A DNA stretch of 64,000 nucleotides, taken from Octopus vulgaris (taxonomy: Eukaryota). Location: the NCBI GenBank assembly GCA_951406725.2, contig OX597825.1, positions 46,624,001 through 46,688,000 of the forward strand, given 5' to 3'. Below the pieces are notes generated by a model. The model was not told the DNA's origin, did no database searches, and saw nothing but the letters and a program-made list of their open reading frames with translations. The translations under genes were made by a program, and so were the position numbers. Positions 38,026 to 51,719 of the stretch are shown piece after piece (positions within the stretch are counted from its first letter, which is position 1; each line of letters starts with the position of its first letter).

Positions 38026-38195
38026 CTCTCCCTCTTCCACAAGTTCCATCCATATTATCTGATTGGTACTTCTTTATGCATCTGCCCTCATCCATATGCA
38101 TTATGTGTATTGACACATAATGCATATGGATGAGGGCAGATGCATAAAGAAGTACCAATCAGATAATATGGATGGAACTTGTGGAAGAGGGAGAG
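38026..38195. repeat. Perfect 83-bp inverted repeat with 4-nt loop inside an RTE relic
   Basis: 38026-38108 is the exact reverse complement of 38113-38195 as read; loop attg. Confidence 0.92.
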
Positions 38196-39445
38196 ACAGT
38201 CTTGCACACTACATTTCTTGCACACTATATCTCTTTCATCTTACGCTCAATTTTTCTCTCAACATATTTGCACTTTGTTGTTCATACATACTTACATTTT
38301 ACATCCAACAGAGCATACTAGCTTCATTTCTTTCTAGTTTTCTCAAATTACCTGAATTGAAAGCTCATGCATCACTTACCAAGCAATATTATAGTTCTAA
38401 CATAAGCATTTGAGAGAAAAGACTTTTGTTACCAGGTCTCTGGTAGGAGGTCTCTGAACTTTCTGCATTTTGTTTTTACCTTGGCAATTAGTCTTTCAGA
38501 ACAACCACCTCCCCTGCTAATAATGTCCCCTAAGTAACGAAAACTATTAACAACTCCTAATGAGCCAGCCAAACATTTAAGAAAACCTATTTTCCAAATT
38601 TTCATAGTGAATACAGTGTGTCTGTCATACATAAAGCTCATTTTCTTTGTTAATCTGCCTGTGATTCTACTAAACCTCTTATGTGTCCATAACTTGCATT
38701 GGATACAACATATGGAGTTTATACTTACTCCTTTTTTGCATATTGAGCATGACCATTTCCCTAAAATACCAGGCTTCAGTTTTCTTTCCAGCTTGCTAAA
38801 ACTACAGTCTTTGCTAAATTTACCTTCTAGGTTTTACACTGTAAACTCAGCTATGAGGATGAAATCACCAGCATACAGGAGCTCCTATGGATAGCCAGTT
38901 TTCCCATTAAATCATGCTAACAGTCTGTAATGTTGTCTTTAAAAAGCATCATATTTTTAGGGGTGAGAGAAATTCATGTCTTTTTCAAAGAGCACATAGG
39001 AGGTGATATGGTTACAATCTGGTTATGGTTCACCATGTTCTTATCTATATTTTATGATGCTTACATCATAGATACCACCATACTGGTTTACTTAGATACA
39101 CTACATGAAAATAAAAATGTTTATAGTAAATTCATTTGAAAATGGACATCACAGTCTCATTGAATCATATTTTCAGTTTGATTTGCAGTTAGAATTCTTG
39201 CTGAGTTTACAAACCTGGAGCCATATATCTATAAAATCTATAAATTTTTTACAAAAATTTCCTTTTGCTTTGCAAGTAAATACATACATGTCTTGCTATA
39301 TAAGAGATCTGTGTTAAGTGACCCATGCAGTGACCCAATTTCAGTAATCAGTGGGAATGTCAGTACTTTCAAATTTTCAAAAGAATATTCCCAGTTTCCT
39401 GAGATAAATATTTATGAAGATGCTTTCTGTGATATGTCTTTAAAG

Positions 39446-39549
39446 GATCACAGTTTGATGATAATGGTAATATGAAAAACTGGTGGTCAGAACAGACTAA
39501 GAGAAACTTCTTAACAGAAGCTGAATCCTTAAATTCAGATCCTATAAAG
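39446..39549 (+). CDS. M13 gene exon (GxxFDxxGN..WW segment)
   Basis: taaag|GA...AAG|gtaaga; GSQFDDNGNMKNWWSEQTKRNFLTEAESLNSDPIK; phase-compatible with both neighbours. Confidence 0.92.
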
Positions 39550-39615
39550 GTAAGATATTTTGTACATATAGAATGAATATCTGTGACACTTTAACAGTAC
39601 TGTCATCTGAATGTA

Positions 39616-40803
39616 TTGGGTTGGCAACTAAGTTCCCGTCATTTTTTTTAATTTTGGGATTTATTGCGCTTTTAAATTTTGGAATCTTTTTTTTTCTACT
39701 TAATATTAGTTAATTTTTGTTTACTTTCAGAAAAATGAGCATTTTCAACACCTTTTTTGCTTTTAATCAAGGTTCTAAGGCTGCAAAAGGTGCTCATGAC
39801 ATTTGTACTGTGTATGGAGAGGGTGCCATAGCTGAAAGAACCGCTCATGATTGGTATGCTAAGTTCAAAAATTAAAATTTTGACCTCAAAAATGCACCTA
39901 GTCCTGGCCGTCCAGTTGAGTTCGATGAAGAGCAATTAAACCAACTTTTGCATGAAAATCCTTGTCAAACGACAAGGGAACTGGCAAAGAAAATGGAATG
40001 CTCCCACACTGCTGTAGAGAAGTATCTTCACTTGATGGGAAAGGTTCAGAAGTGTGGAGCATGGGTTCTGCATACTTTAAGTGACAACAACAAAAATCAG
40101 TGCGCCACAATCTACGCTGGTTTGCTTGCTCATCACTGCTCAACTCATGGACACAAGCAACAATTTCTTTACCGAATCGTTACTGGCGATGAAAAATGGT
40201 ACCTGTACATCAATATGAAGCAGAGTAAGGAATGGCTTAGCCCTGGTAAACAAGTGACACTGCGTAAGACGATGTTGTGCATATGGCAGGACTGGGAAGG
40301 GATTATCCATTACGAATTGCTTGAACGGAACTAAATGGTCAATGCGGAACTCTATGTTCAACAGATGGAATGACTCAACATGGCTATTCAAGAGAATAGA
40401 CTTAATCGGCAGCATGGAGTTCTTCTGCTGCACGACAAGGCCCCTCCCACCTCACATCGCCAATATGACCAAGGAAGCCATTCAAACGCATGGCTGGGAA
40501 GTGCTGCCACATCCGCCATACTCTCCTGATTTGGTACCAATGGATTCCCATCTCTTTCGATCTCTTTCAAATGCTATGTGCGGAGTTTCATTCAATACTG
40601 ATGCAGAATTGAGAGCTTCCCAATTTTTCAAGTTGAAATCAGGTGATTTCTACCAACATGGTATTGAAAATCTTGTTAAACATTGAGGAGAAGTTGTAAA
40701 CAACAAGGGTGAATACATTATTGATTAATTAGTTGTTATTTTTTATTAACCCTTTTAAAAAATTTAAATTTTGAAAACGGTGGGAACTTAGTTGCAAACC
40801 CAA
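39616..40803 (+). mobile_element. Mariner DNA transposon, full length, TA TSD, disrupted
   Basis: TA|ttgggttggcaactaagttccc...gggaacttagttgcaaacccaa|TA; IVTGDEKW and HPPYSPDLVP motifs. Confidence 0.93.
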
Positions 40804-41435
40804 TACTAATGTACTCACATGCTATTATTATTACAAAAGCCTAAAAATCACAATCCTTACTTTTCTCATCCATTAGATGTAATAGGAGTAGTCTTGTAGG
40901 TATCTCAGATCAGGGAAAATCAATGAAGGTCTTCCATTGCAATAATGTATGGGCTAAATGCATATTTAGTTGTAGCTATTTAATATCTTTGTACTACTTT
41001 AAACTTCCAACAACTTACCAAATCACAAGGGGGTTTGTTTGTAATCAATTTATCTACATGAAGTAGCAGCCAAACTACACTTAAATCACACCATGCAGTC
41101 TTAAAAAGGTGGGATGGTCACAACTGGAAAACCTCTGAACCAGACAGAGCTTGGAACTAAACAGCAATATTATGAACAACCAGCTTGCAGTTATTGCTGA
41201 TGTTGATTATTAGTACATGTCACATTGTTTTACATAAGGGATAAATGAAAAATTCAGTTTCATCAAAATATAGTTTCATATTCAAAACAGGAAAGGAAGA
41301 AAAAGATATGTGACACAAACTGGAAATATAAAAAATATTACTTTTTACCTTTTTGTATGTATGTATGTATGTATGTACATACATACATACACACACACAC
41401 ACACGCACGCGCACACACACACACACACACATATT

Positions 41436-41958
41436 GTTGTGTCTGGGGAGAGTCACACTGCCTTAATATCTAATACACTCACCAGTTCAATTTCCACCCA
41501 TTTATTATCTCTATTTTTCCTTTTCCAAAATTGTCGTTGCTTTTGCAGCCTTGTCAATGAATGTTGGCTCTGTCTGTTATCAGAGCTGCATTCCTTTTGA
41601 ATATGTACAATACATACATACATGCATGCATACACACATACATACATACATACATACATACATACATACATGCATACATACATACACACATGCATTCCTA
41701 CATATATGCATACACACACATACATACATACGTACATACATTTATGCATACACAAGTACACATGCATGCTGGCACACTCACATGCTCACAAACCGACAAA
41801 AGGAACACAACTCTAGTAATGGACTGTCAACATCCATTGACGAGGTTGAAAAAGCAACAAAAATTATGGAAAAGAAAAAATATAAATAATAAATGTATGG
41901 AAATTGAACTGGTGAGTGTGTTAGATATGAACACAGTATGTCTCTCCCCAGACACAAT
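41436..41958. repeat. Two inverted copies of a ~130-bp repeat around a (CATA)n spacer
   Basis: tgtgtctggggagag...ttgtcaatgaatgttg (41438-41568) vs caacatccattgacg...tctccccagacaca (41828-41956). Confidence 0.75.
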
Positions 41959-42020
41959 AAAATTTGTTTCAACACATGAATTCACATAAAGAATCTTGCA
42001 AATCAGACACAAAAACGAAG

Positions 42021-42053
<33 letters not shown>

Positions 42054-42559
42054 TATATATATCATCATCATCATCATCATTTAACGTTGGTTGTCCATGC
42101 AGGCATGGGTTGGACAGTGTGACTGGGCTGGAAGGCTGCACCAGACTCCAGTCTGATTTGGCGTGATTTTTTTATGCCTTGATGCCCTTTCTAATGCCAA
42201 CCACTCTGAGAGTGTAATGGGTGCTTTTACGTACCACTGGCATGGATGCCATTTGCGTGATACCGGCGTGCTTTTATGTTCCACTTGCATGGGTACTAAT
42301 TTGCATGATGCTGGTATCTGTCACAACTGTGATTTTGCTTGGCTTGATGGGTCTTCTTCTCAAGCATGACATAATGCCAAAGGTCTCAGTCATTGCCTCC
42401 ATGAGGCCCAGCACTTGAAAGGAGCTCAGCCACTTTGACTTCATAAGGAACTGAGCCACTTTGCTTCCGTGAGGCCCAACGTTTGAAAGGTGTTCTTTAT
42501 GTGCCATCAGCACAGGTGCACGTGATTTGACGGGTCCTCTCAAGCACAACACATCACCA

Positions 42560-44345
42560 AAGGTCTTGGTCACTTGTCATTACCTCTGCAAGCCTCAAAG
42601 TTTGAAGTTCATGCTTCACCACTGCGTCCCATGTTTTCCTGGGTCTACCTCTACCACAGGTTCCCTTCACAGTTAAAGATTGGCACTTCTTTACACAGCT
42701 GTCCTCATCTAGATGCATCATTTGACCATACCAGCTCATTCGTTTCCCTTGCACACCCCATCTGATGCCCCTTATATCTAACTTTTCTCTCAAGATGCTT
42801 ACACTCTGTCAAACATGCACATTGACATTGCACATTCAGCGAAGCATATTGGCTTCATTTCTTTCAAGCCTATGCATATCCTTGGCAGTCACAGCCCATG
42901 TTTCACTGCCATGCAGCATGGTTGTTCACACATAAGCATCATACAATCTGCCTGTCACTCTGAGAGTGTGGCCCATTGTTGCCAGCATGAGTTGGTTCTC
43001 TCTGAACTTTGCCCATCCTAATCTTATTCTCAGTTACACTCTTGGAGCATCCACCTCCACTACTAACTTGGTCACTTGATTCAGCAATAAGAACAAGGTC
43101 ATCATCATAGAGGAGCTTCAGGGGCAGCCTGTCTTGAATTCTTCTGTTATTGCCTGGAGGACTATGATGAACAAGAGGATCATCTCTACTTTTGTAGCAG
43201 TTGACTATGGTGCTGCTGCACCAGTCATTGGCTATGACTCTTTTGTGAACCACCTGATTAACAATATAACCCACATAACCCACACCGCCAGATATTTAAA
43301 GCTGAGCACCGATCCTTGGTGAAACCCTACTTGAACCCTGAATTCTTTGCTGTACTCATTGCCAACCCTCACCTTACTAACAGCATCCCTGTAGATAGCT
43401 TGTACAGCTCTTACCAACCACTTGTCTATCCCTAGTTTCCACATAGACCACCAGATAAGGGATCAGGGGACTCTTTCAAAGATTTTATCAAAGTCAACAA
43501 AGGCCAAGTACAGAGATTTATCTTTGGCTATGTATTTCTCCTGCAGCTGCCTTACCAGAAATATAGCATCAGTGGTGCTTCTCCTTGGCACAAAACCAAA
43601 CTGCATTTCATCTAGGCTAAGTCTCTCTGTAATTAGTTAGTCTATGACTCTTTCTAAAACTTTCGTCGCCTGATCCCACAATTTGAAACCTCTGTAATTA
43701 TTTCTATATAAGGCATCACCTCTACCTTTGTAGCAGTTGACTATGGTACTGCTACACCAGTCACTGGATATGACTCCTTCATGAACCACCTGATTTACAA
43801 TATGGGTGACTGGTCCATAACCCACACAGCCAGATATTTAAAGCATCTCAGTGGAGATTTCTAATGGGTCAAGGACTCTTCCTGTCTTCATATGTTTAAT
43901 TGCTTTACCTACATGGAACTGTCGATTTGAGTTGTCGGTCCCTCAATTAGGTCAACATTTGGCTGACTCTTCTCCTCCCGCTCATTCTCTACGTTCAGCA
44001 GTCTTTCCATAATGGTATTTCTGAGCCTTTTTCTTTGCAGAATCATTACATGTAAGTGCACCATCATCCATACAGGCACATTTCTCTCCTATGATATCAC
44101 GATTTTCTCTTACACACTGTCTTGCAATCTGAAACACTTCAGTTCTTTGGTCTTCATGTTGCTGAACATAGGCAAACTTCTTTTCTGCTTCTCCCTTGGC
44201 TAGATATACTTATCTCCTAGCATCCTTCTGGCAATCTGATACAGTTCCCTGATACCCACCATTCTTTCAGGCCTTCCTAGCCTGTTTCTTAGCTCTAATG
44301 GCCCTGTCTACCTCATTGTTCCACCACCATGTTACCCTAGGTCTA
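42560..44345 (-). mobile_element. Degraded RTE-clade LINE with internal duplication
   Basis: NNYRGFKL, VGFHQGSV, LYDDDLVL, GRGRPRKTW in ORFs 43637-43825, 43232-43444, 42939-43283 and 42554-42793. Confidence 0.85.
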
Positions 44346-44435
44346 CAGCAGAGCAAGAATGTGAGACTTCAGAAGACCAGAAGGTTTATAACCAGAAGTG
44401 GTCAAGCAACGGCCAGTTTTGCCTCACATACAAGA

Positions 44436-44491
<56 letters not shown>

Positions 44492-44849
44492 AAGAGATAG
44501 CAGTAAGTGACTTGAGGTCTTTAGTGAAGCGAAGATCGTAGGAAAGTATAGAAACACAAGGAGTATGTAAAACGATTTGAAAAGTTACTGAAAAATTTAA
44601 AGAATAATAGGCCAGAGAAGTTATTTTAGCTCAAAATACACGTTAGAAGAGGGAGAGAGAGAAGTGGCAGTAAGGGACTTGAGGCCTTTAGTGAGGCGAG
44701 GATTATAGCAAAGTGTGGAAATGATCAAATTGAAAAATTTTAAGAATTATAAGTCGAAACAGTTATTTTAACTCAAAATACATGTTAGCATCACATATAA
44801 GCATGTTAGTATTACAAGTTAGATAAGAGAATGGTGAGTGATTAAAAGC

Positions 44850-45500
44850 TAGAGAAATTTCTAGTGGTTGAATGGTATAATGCTCCATTTTCATATTCAA
44901 TAGCTTCTAATATCTCTTGTAAATTCTTTGCAGCACTAGATAGGTATTTCCCACCTTCAAGTAAATATAGGAAATTATTTAATAAGCATAGTGTTAAGTT
45001 TTCATATTCAACCACTAGAAATTTAGCTGAGATTATTGTAGCACAAAATAAACATGGAATTAGAGAATATCTAAAATCTATATCTATAAATAATTGTAGA
45101 ACTGATAATATATATAGTGAAATTAACCTTATTGATAGTCATTCAGAACAAGATTTAGATTCTATATTTGATCAAACTGCTGATAATATTGTTAGTCTTT
45201 TACTTTGTATTAATATTAATTCTAATAATAATAATTATTATTATGATCCAACCATAACACCTATTTTACAGACAGGTGCTAGTAGAAATTATTATAACTA
45301 TGAAGGCAATTTACAAGTGATCAAACCCATGTGTATTGTGTAAACAAAACTCGATACCCTTTAGGAAATCAGTGTTTAAAGAAGAATATAGTATATCAGT
45401 GTGAAGTAATAACTAGACATTGTAAGTATTGGTATATTGGTTCTCCTGCTACTAGTTGGAAATCTAGATTTTATAATCATTCTAATTCCTGCAACATAAA
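44850..45500 (+). mobile_element. Penelope-like fragment (linker plus GIY-YIG start)
   Basis: WYNAPFS...FPPSSKYRKLFNKHSVKFSYSTTRNL and PLGNQCLKKNIVYQC...YIGS...WKSRFYNH. Confidence 0.8.
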
Positions 45501-45787
45501 GTATATAAGTTTTTATTGAGCATTACATAGAATTATTATCTGTAGTTTTTATTCTTTAGTTATCTATTAAGCATCATGTAGAATTCTTGTCTGCAGTTTT
45601 TGATCTTTGGCATCATCAATTTTAGTAGATAAATATACTCATTATTTATGTTTGGTTTTTTATGCAGATTTCAAATTTTCAAAAAATTTGGAATTAGTAT
45701 GGTAATTTTTATATTTTATTTTTATAAACTAAATTAGTTATTTAATGACATTGTTCTTGGTTGAATGAATGAATGTCTAAAGTTAAA

Positions 45788-45843
<56 letters not shown>

Positions 45844-46935
45844 TGCATGTATGCATGTGTTCAAGTTGAAAATGTTCTCTCAGTCTAATCATCAGTAATT
45901 AATTTTAGCTATCCATTTGTCCTGGCAGGTAGAATGATGCCTGTAGTTTTTATAGGTACTCATCTGAATGTCATTAATACATTTAAAATTTAGTTTGGTA
46001 TTATTGAAGATTGGTAATTGGAGGAAAAAATAAAGTATCAGGGGACTGTAGTTGTACTTAGAGGGACTAGGTGGTGTATAATTCAGAAATAACTGTAGTG
46101 TATAATATTGAAAGTTGAGAAAGTAGCCAATACATTGAAATGATTTAGAGTTAATCATCTGGGAGTAACAGGAATACTATTGTAATGATAACTGAGAGGA
46201 AATTATCAATATGTAGACAGTTGAAGAGGGTGATCTGTAAGAGCATATCAGTATCTGCTATCAGTGTAAGTGAAACTACCCATATAAGCTTGTTTATTAG
46301 TGTTAATCTGTCTATTAGTATAGGTCAGTGACTTCCTTCCTGCTCACTCCAAAATCTGCTTTTCAGCAGAAGGGAAGTCATTGAGTTAATGGAAAGGCTG
46401 TGAACAACAATGAAAAAACTGACTGACAAACAAGCAACCAATCCATTCATTAAACAAATGGCTGATAAGTTACTTGGTTAGATATTTAACCAATTGACTA
46501 TCAATAAAGAAGTGAAGTTGAACTTGTGTGTGTGTTAATATTATTGGTGTAATGACTCTCTCAAGATACAACAAATATAAATCTATTAGACTCCTTAACT
46601 CAGAAACAAGATACAACAAATATAAATCTATTAACTCCTTAACTCAGAAACATTCATATACGACTTGGTACCCATTCCAATGAAATAGACAAACTAAGAT
46701 GCATAGAAGCAAAAAAAAAGTGACTCTCCGAATTCTGTATGTGTAGAGAAGAAGCTTCAAATTTGCCTGTTTGTTCACTAAGTTATTGACTCAATTAGCT
46801 AACAAACCAAAAAGTAAGTAGATTGATTTTATATGGTATAAACTTATCATTTTCTTTATCCTGTATTTACAAATTACTTTATACAAAACTTCCTTAGTTG
46901 TTTTCTACCTTATAACTTGTTCTGTCATTTCACAG

Positions 46936-47001
46936 GAATTACTTCCACAAGATATCTTAGAAAGTAGTGCTGATATTGGTGGACTCAAAATAGCCCTTCA
47001 G
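46936..47001 (+). CDS. M13 gene exon with third zinc ligand (ENIADNGG-like ESSADIGG)
   Basis: ttcacag|GAA...CAG|gtaaga; 66 nt; ELLPQDILESSADIGGLKIALQ. Confidence 0.9.
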
Positions 47002-47887
47002 GTAAGAAGTAAGATTGTAAAATACAAATGAATCATTTTTTTAATTGCTTTGTAAAACACCTAAACTTTATAGTTTATCTCTGAAAATCAAAGGTTTCCT
47101 GCATGATTGTTCTAGTTTGAGATATAGTATATCTTATCTATTCTTTTTCATTTGTAGATAATAATTTTTAAAACCACTTTCTACAAAGAAGGAACATCAG
47201 ATAAAATACTAGTTCTAAAGTACAACATTAAACTAAAGTTTCTAGACTCTTGTAACTGATTATGCTAAAGAACAACTGACATTCCTCTGTATCAAAAAAG
47301 CAGTGCTCTATTGCTTCAAAGAACATGTTAATATGTATAATAACATTTATTTTGAAATGCTTTAATGCCTTTATACTAGCTGTTATTTATAATATTCTAA
47401 TAATATTCTATAATATAATGATTGGAGTATCTAATTAATTTGGATATTTAAATTAACTTTTTAAAGTATTGCTAGAGTCCAGTTTGAATAAGTTTGTAAT
47501 GTATCTGTGGAATATTTTAAGATACTTATATTTGTTCTAATGTGTCTCTCGTGATTATGCAATTTTAAACTAACATTTGTGAATGATATTGAAATATAAA
47601 TCAATGTTAAGAAGTATCTAAAACGTTGCACAATTATTTTCAGATACTTTTAAATATAATGAAAGTATATTCAAAATTTACTGTATTATAGTAGTGAAAG
47701 ATATAGCCAAAAATATAAATGCCAGACTAATTGTATTTCCAGTAATATTATATCTTGTATTTTAACTTCAAACCTAACTGAGATTTCAGGCAGCTGGGAA
47801 ATATAAAATAAGAGACATTTTAGTGTACTAACCCTTCGCCTAAAAATTGATTTGTATCTTTTTAAATGAAGTTAATTTATTCTTCAG

Positions 47888-47986
47888 GCATATCACAAAA
47901 TGATGCAAGAATTCAACTTGGAACCACTGAGATTACCTGGAATGAATTTTACCAGTCAGCAACTGTTTTTTGTTAGTTATGCTCAT
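47888..47986 (+). CDS. M13 gene exon (LPG..T..QLFF segment)
   Basis: cttcag|GCA...CAT|gtacga; AYHKMMQEFNLEPLRLPGMNFTSQQLFFVSYAH, typical M13 motif. Confidence 0.92.
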
Positions 47987-48480
47987 GTACGATATATGTT
48001 AATATATTCTCACTTATCTTTAGTTGTTTTTTATGGTTATTAAAACTTTGTTGCTCAGCTTGTCTTAAGTTGAAGTGAGGTGACATTAAGTAAAGTAAGG
48101 CTAGATTATTTTGTCATTTGTTTATTCTACCACAACTACGTTATTAAATAAGAGATATGACTTACTAAAAAAGGTTAAGATTAATAGGGGGATCTTTTCT
48201 ATTTGGATACACCTGTGGAAATTTCAAAGTTTATTGAAAATTTTAAAGTTTGGTCTATTAATGTAATTTTCCTTGCTGAATCTCAGGAGATATTTCACTT
48301 TTTTCAGAAAAATTTGAAAAAAAATTTTAGAGGTTTAAAGTTTGATAATTTTTACCCAGTCCGAAAACAAGATTTGAAAGTTGTCATTTTGTTAACATTC
48401 TGAAAATAGCACATGTTTTAATCTGAAACTGTAAACAAATGAAATACTGGTGGAATTCTGCTTTATACACAACATTTAAC

Positions 48481-48889
48481 GGATCTTTTTGGTTTGAACG
48501 GCAGTTTTTAACATAGTTTCTAGGTAACTAAAAAATTTAAAACTTTGTATACTGGTAGAATGTGTTTATAAAACATCCTTTTCTCTTGGCTTTATTCAGA
48601 AAATTCTATAGTTTGTAAGATATTTGTTGTTTTTTGTCTTCAATTTCTGCAATTTCAACCAATCAGTGATGTCTATTGAGTTAAAAAGCATTCTGTGCCG
48701 TATAAATATGTCCCTCGTTTAAGAAACTGATTGGGTTTATTTACATTTGTGAAGAAAAAAGATACCCTTCCCCCACCCCTAACCCTAAAAGAGATTGAAA
48801 TGCAATAGATCGATTCTAGGGTCATAATTATGGGTGACAATTTCATATGACACCGCTAGAAAAAACTGCTGTTCAAACCGAAAAGATCC
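48481..48889. mobile_element. MITE with ~28-bp TIRs and 8-bp TSD, nested in an older TTAA-flanked element (about 48066-49190)
   Basis: catttaac|ggatctttttggtttgaacggcagttttt...aaaaactgctgttcaaaccgaaaagatcc|catttaac. Confidence 0.8.
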
Positions 48890-51219
48890 CATTTAACCCC
48901 TCAAAACTTTTTTTAAATTTTTGGAGCTTTCACAAAATTTTGGTGAATTTGTATTCTACACAGGCAAATCCATATGATTATGCAAAAAAAAAAAAATTTG
49001 AGAGTACGTGATTTAAGGTCTATTTAGCTTTAAAATTTGAGAGTACGTGATTTAAGGTCTATTTAGATTTAAGGTCTATTTATCAATTCAAAATGAACAA
49101 CAAAACCAAATTACACCATCCAGAAAAATACATATATTAGAAATATTAAAATTAAAATTGTTATTTTGGTACATCTCACGACCACCTTAATGACCCCTTC
49201 CCCGCTAAAAAACGAGTAAACGACACATTTTATTGTTTTAAGCATTCAATAAGCATTTAATGTGATAAACAGCACAATACAAATTAAATATTTTTCAAAT
49301 AACAAACATTTTGTTGCTCAGTTCATTGAAAACGAAATTTTGAGATACATACGAGTAATTTCTCAAGCAAATTACAATTTTCAGGATGAGGCTCATCTTC
49401 TAGGCTGTAGTTACCAGCTCAGAATTTCTGGAGCTGCTACTGACACTGGCTTATGCTTATTGTCTGATCTCCTTATACTGCACTTTCTGTTGCATTGTTG
49501 CCTTTATTGAACTCATAAAGCAAAATATGCCAAATATGCTCCTTTGTCACTTCCCTTATAGTTTTGAAAAAATAACTATGAAAATCAAACGGCACTCTTC
49601 AAAACTTTCACATAGAATAAGTACAAGGTAAAATTATTACCTGCTCTTATAGCAAGTTGATGCAGGGAGATTATTCCATCCCCCTCTAACTTTTAGTTCA
49701 TGCAATTGAAAAAACCGTATTATTTATAGGATGACTCAATATATATAAATATATATCATCATCATCATCATCATCATTTAACATCCGCTTTCCATGCTAG
49801 CATGGGTTGGAAGGTTCGACTGTGGGCTGGCAAACCAGATGACTGCACCAGGTTCCAGTCTTGATCTGGCAGAGTTTCTACTGCTGGATGCCCTTCCTAA
49901 CGCCAACCACTCCGAGAGTGTAGTGGGTGCTTTTACGGGCCACCAGCACGGGGGCCAGTCAGGCAGTACTGGCAACGACCTCGCTCGAATTTTTTACACA
50001 TGCCACCGGCACAGGTGCCAGTAAGGCGATGCTGGTAACGATCCCGCTCAAATAGTGCCTCCTACATGCCAACCGGCTCAGAAACCAATTAGCCGCTCTG
50101 GCAGCGATCACGCTTGGATGGTGCTCTTAGCACCCTACTAGCATGGGGCACAAGTGCCAGTAAGGCGAAGCTGGCAACGATCACACTCGAATGATGCCTT
50201 TTATGTGCCATAGGCACGGAAGGTGGTTGGCCACTCTGTCAACGATCACGCTAGTATGGTGCTCGTGCCCGTCATCGAATTTCACTTTGATTTTCATTTT
50301 GATTTCACTTGCCTCAACAGGTCTTCGCAAGCAGAGTTTAGTGTCCAAAGAAGGAAAAGGTATGCACAAGTGGGCTGGTTGCGTTCCTGGCACAGGCCAC
50401 GAGGTTATGGTCTCATTTGGCTTGCTGGGTCTTCTCAAGCACAGCATATTTCCTTAACCTCACTTTCATGAAATATATTATGAAACAACATATAATTAAT
50501 AAACGCACCAATAAATTTAATGAAATGCAGAAAATATAATTAAATATTTATTTGATTCTTTACAGGCAGATCATGATTTTAAAAGGTCATATGATATGCA
50601 TTGGCATGCATTTTCATGAATGTTGTTGATAAAGCAATAAACTTTGATTGACAAAAAATACATCAAAAAATAGTCAGACATAGACAACATGTATATTCCA
50701 TCTAACTGGAGTGGCTTTTTTCAGAAAAGTTTGAATAGGAAGTTCTTAATTTTCTATAGACTCTCTGATTTTAGATTTAATATATAGATTTTTAAAAATA
50801 AAAGATTAAGGGAAAATAGACATTTTGCATTTAGTGACACATATTTCTCATCATAGAGCAATTTAAATATAAAACATCAAATAAACGTTCTCATATATAA
50901 AGAATATTTTACCAACTAGTAAATTGGTTGTAAATGCAAATGTAGTATATAGCTAAGGATTAAACTTCTTTTAATTAGAACAGATTTTCACTACATTCTA
51001 CAACTTTGGCTAAGAGATGAAAACATTCCCTTTGGTGAATTGTAATTCAGGCTGGAGTCTTAAAACTGACATAGCTGTTACCATCTTTCACACTAGTTCA
51101 GTAATCTTTAGACTTATAGAATTTAGGTAATCAAAATATGAGCTGTCCCCATTCATCAAAAGTATTTCCAACCAGTTTGTCTTAACCAACTGACATATAA
51201 ATTTCTATTTCTACTTCAG

Positions 51220-51296
51220 GCATGGTGTAACAAACAAATGATGCAGAATGCAATGGATTCAAAATATACAAAATCAAATATGTCAGGTAAAAGCAG
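51220..51296 (+). CDS. M13 gene penultimate exon (WC...R)
   Basis: cttcag|GCA...AG|gtgagc; 77 nt; AWCNKQMMQNAMDSKYTKSNMSGKS(R) vs neprilysin [26 protein letters not shown]. Confidence 0.88.
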
Positions 51297-51719
51297 GTGA
51301 GCTTTGTTATAAATATTGCTGAGATTTTATTACCTTTATCTTTTAGCAGCATTTGTTAGTGGCAAAAAGACTTTGGTCAAGAAATCCAATAGATGCAAGA
51401 GCATATATTGAGTTTGGCACAAAAATATCATTGATTTAGCAGACTTATGAAAATCCTAGTGTGTAGGTGTTGTTTTGCATTTATAATAAAATAAATACAT
51501 ACAAATTATAAAAATAATAAAAAAAATATACAGTACAATACTGTTTCTACTTCACGAATTTTCACCTATCGCAGGGTGGGGGGATAGGGTGGTAGTGGTG
51601 GTGGAATGTAACACCCAAGATAGTTGAGGGATTACTGTAGGCATAGGTATAGCAGGATGAAGCTGAGAACCTCAAAATCCAGCTAAGATATATATATATA
51701 TATATATATAATTTTTTGC

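Noticed and set aside
48777-48790. ccctaaccctaa telomere-like repeat
   Set aside because: Only two units and internal to a MITE.
51287-51292. Alternative donor TCAG|gtaaaa in the penultimate exon
   Set aside because: It would break phase with the last exon and remove the conserved Arg; the donor at 51297 fits.
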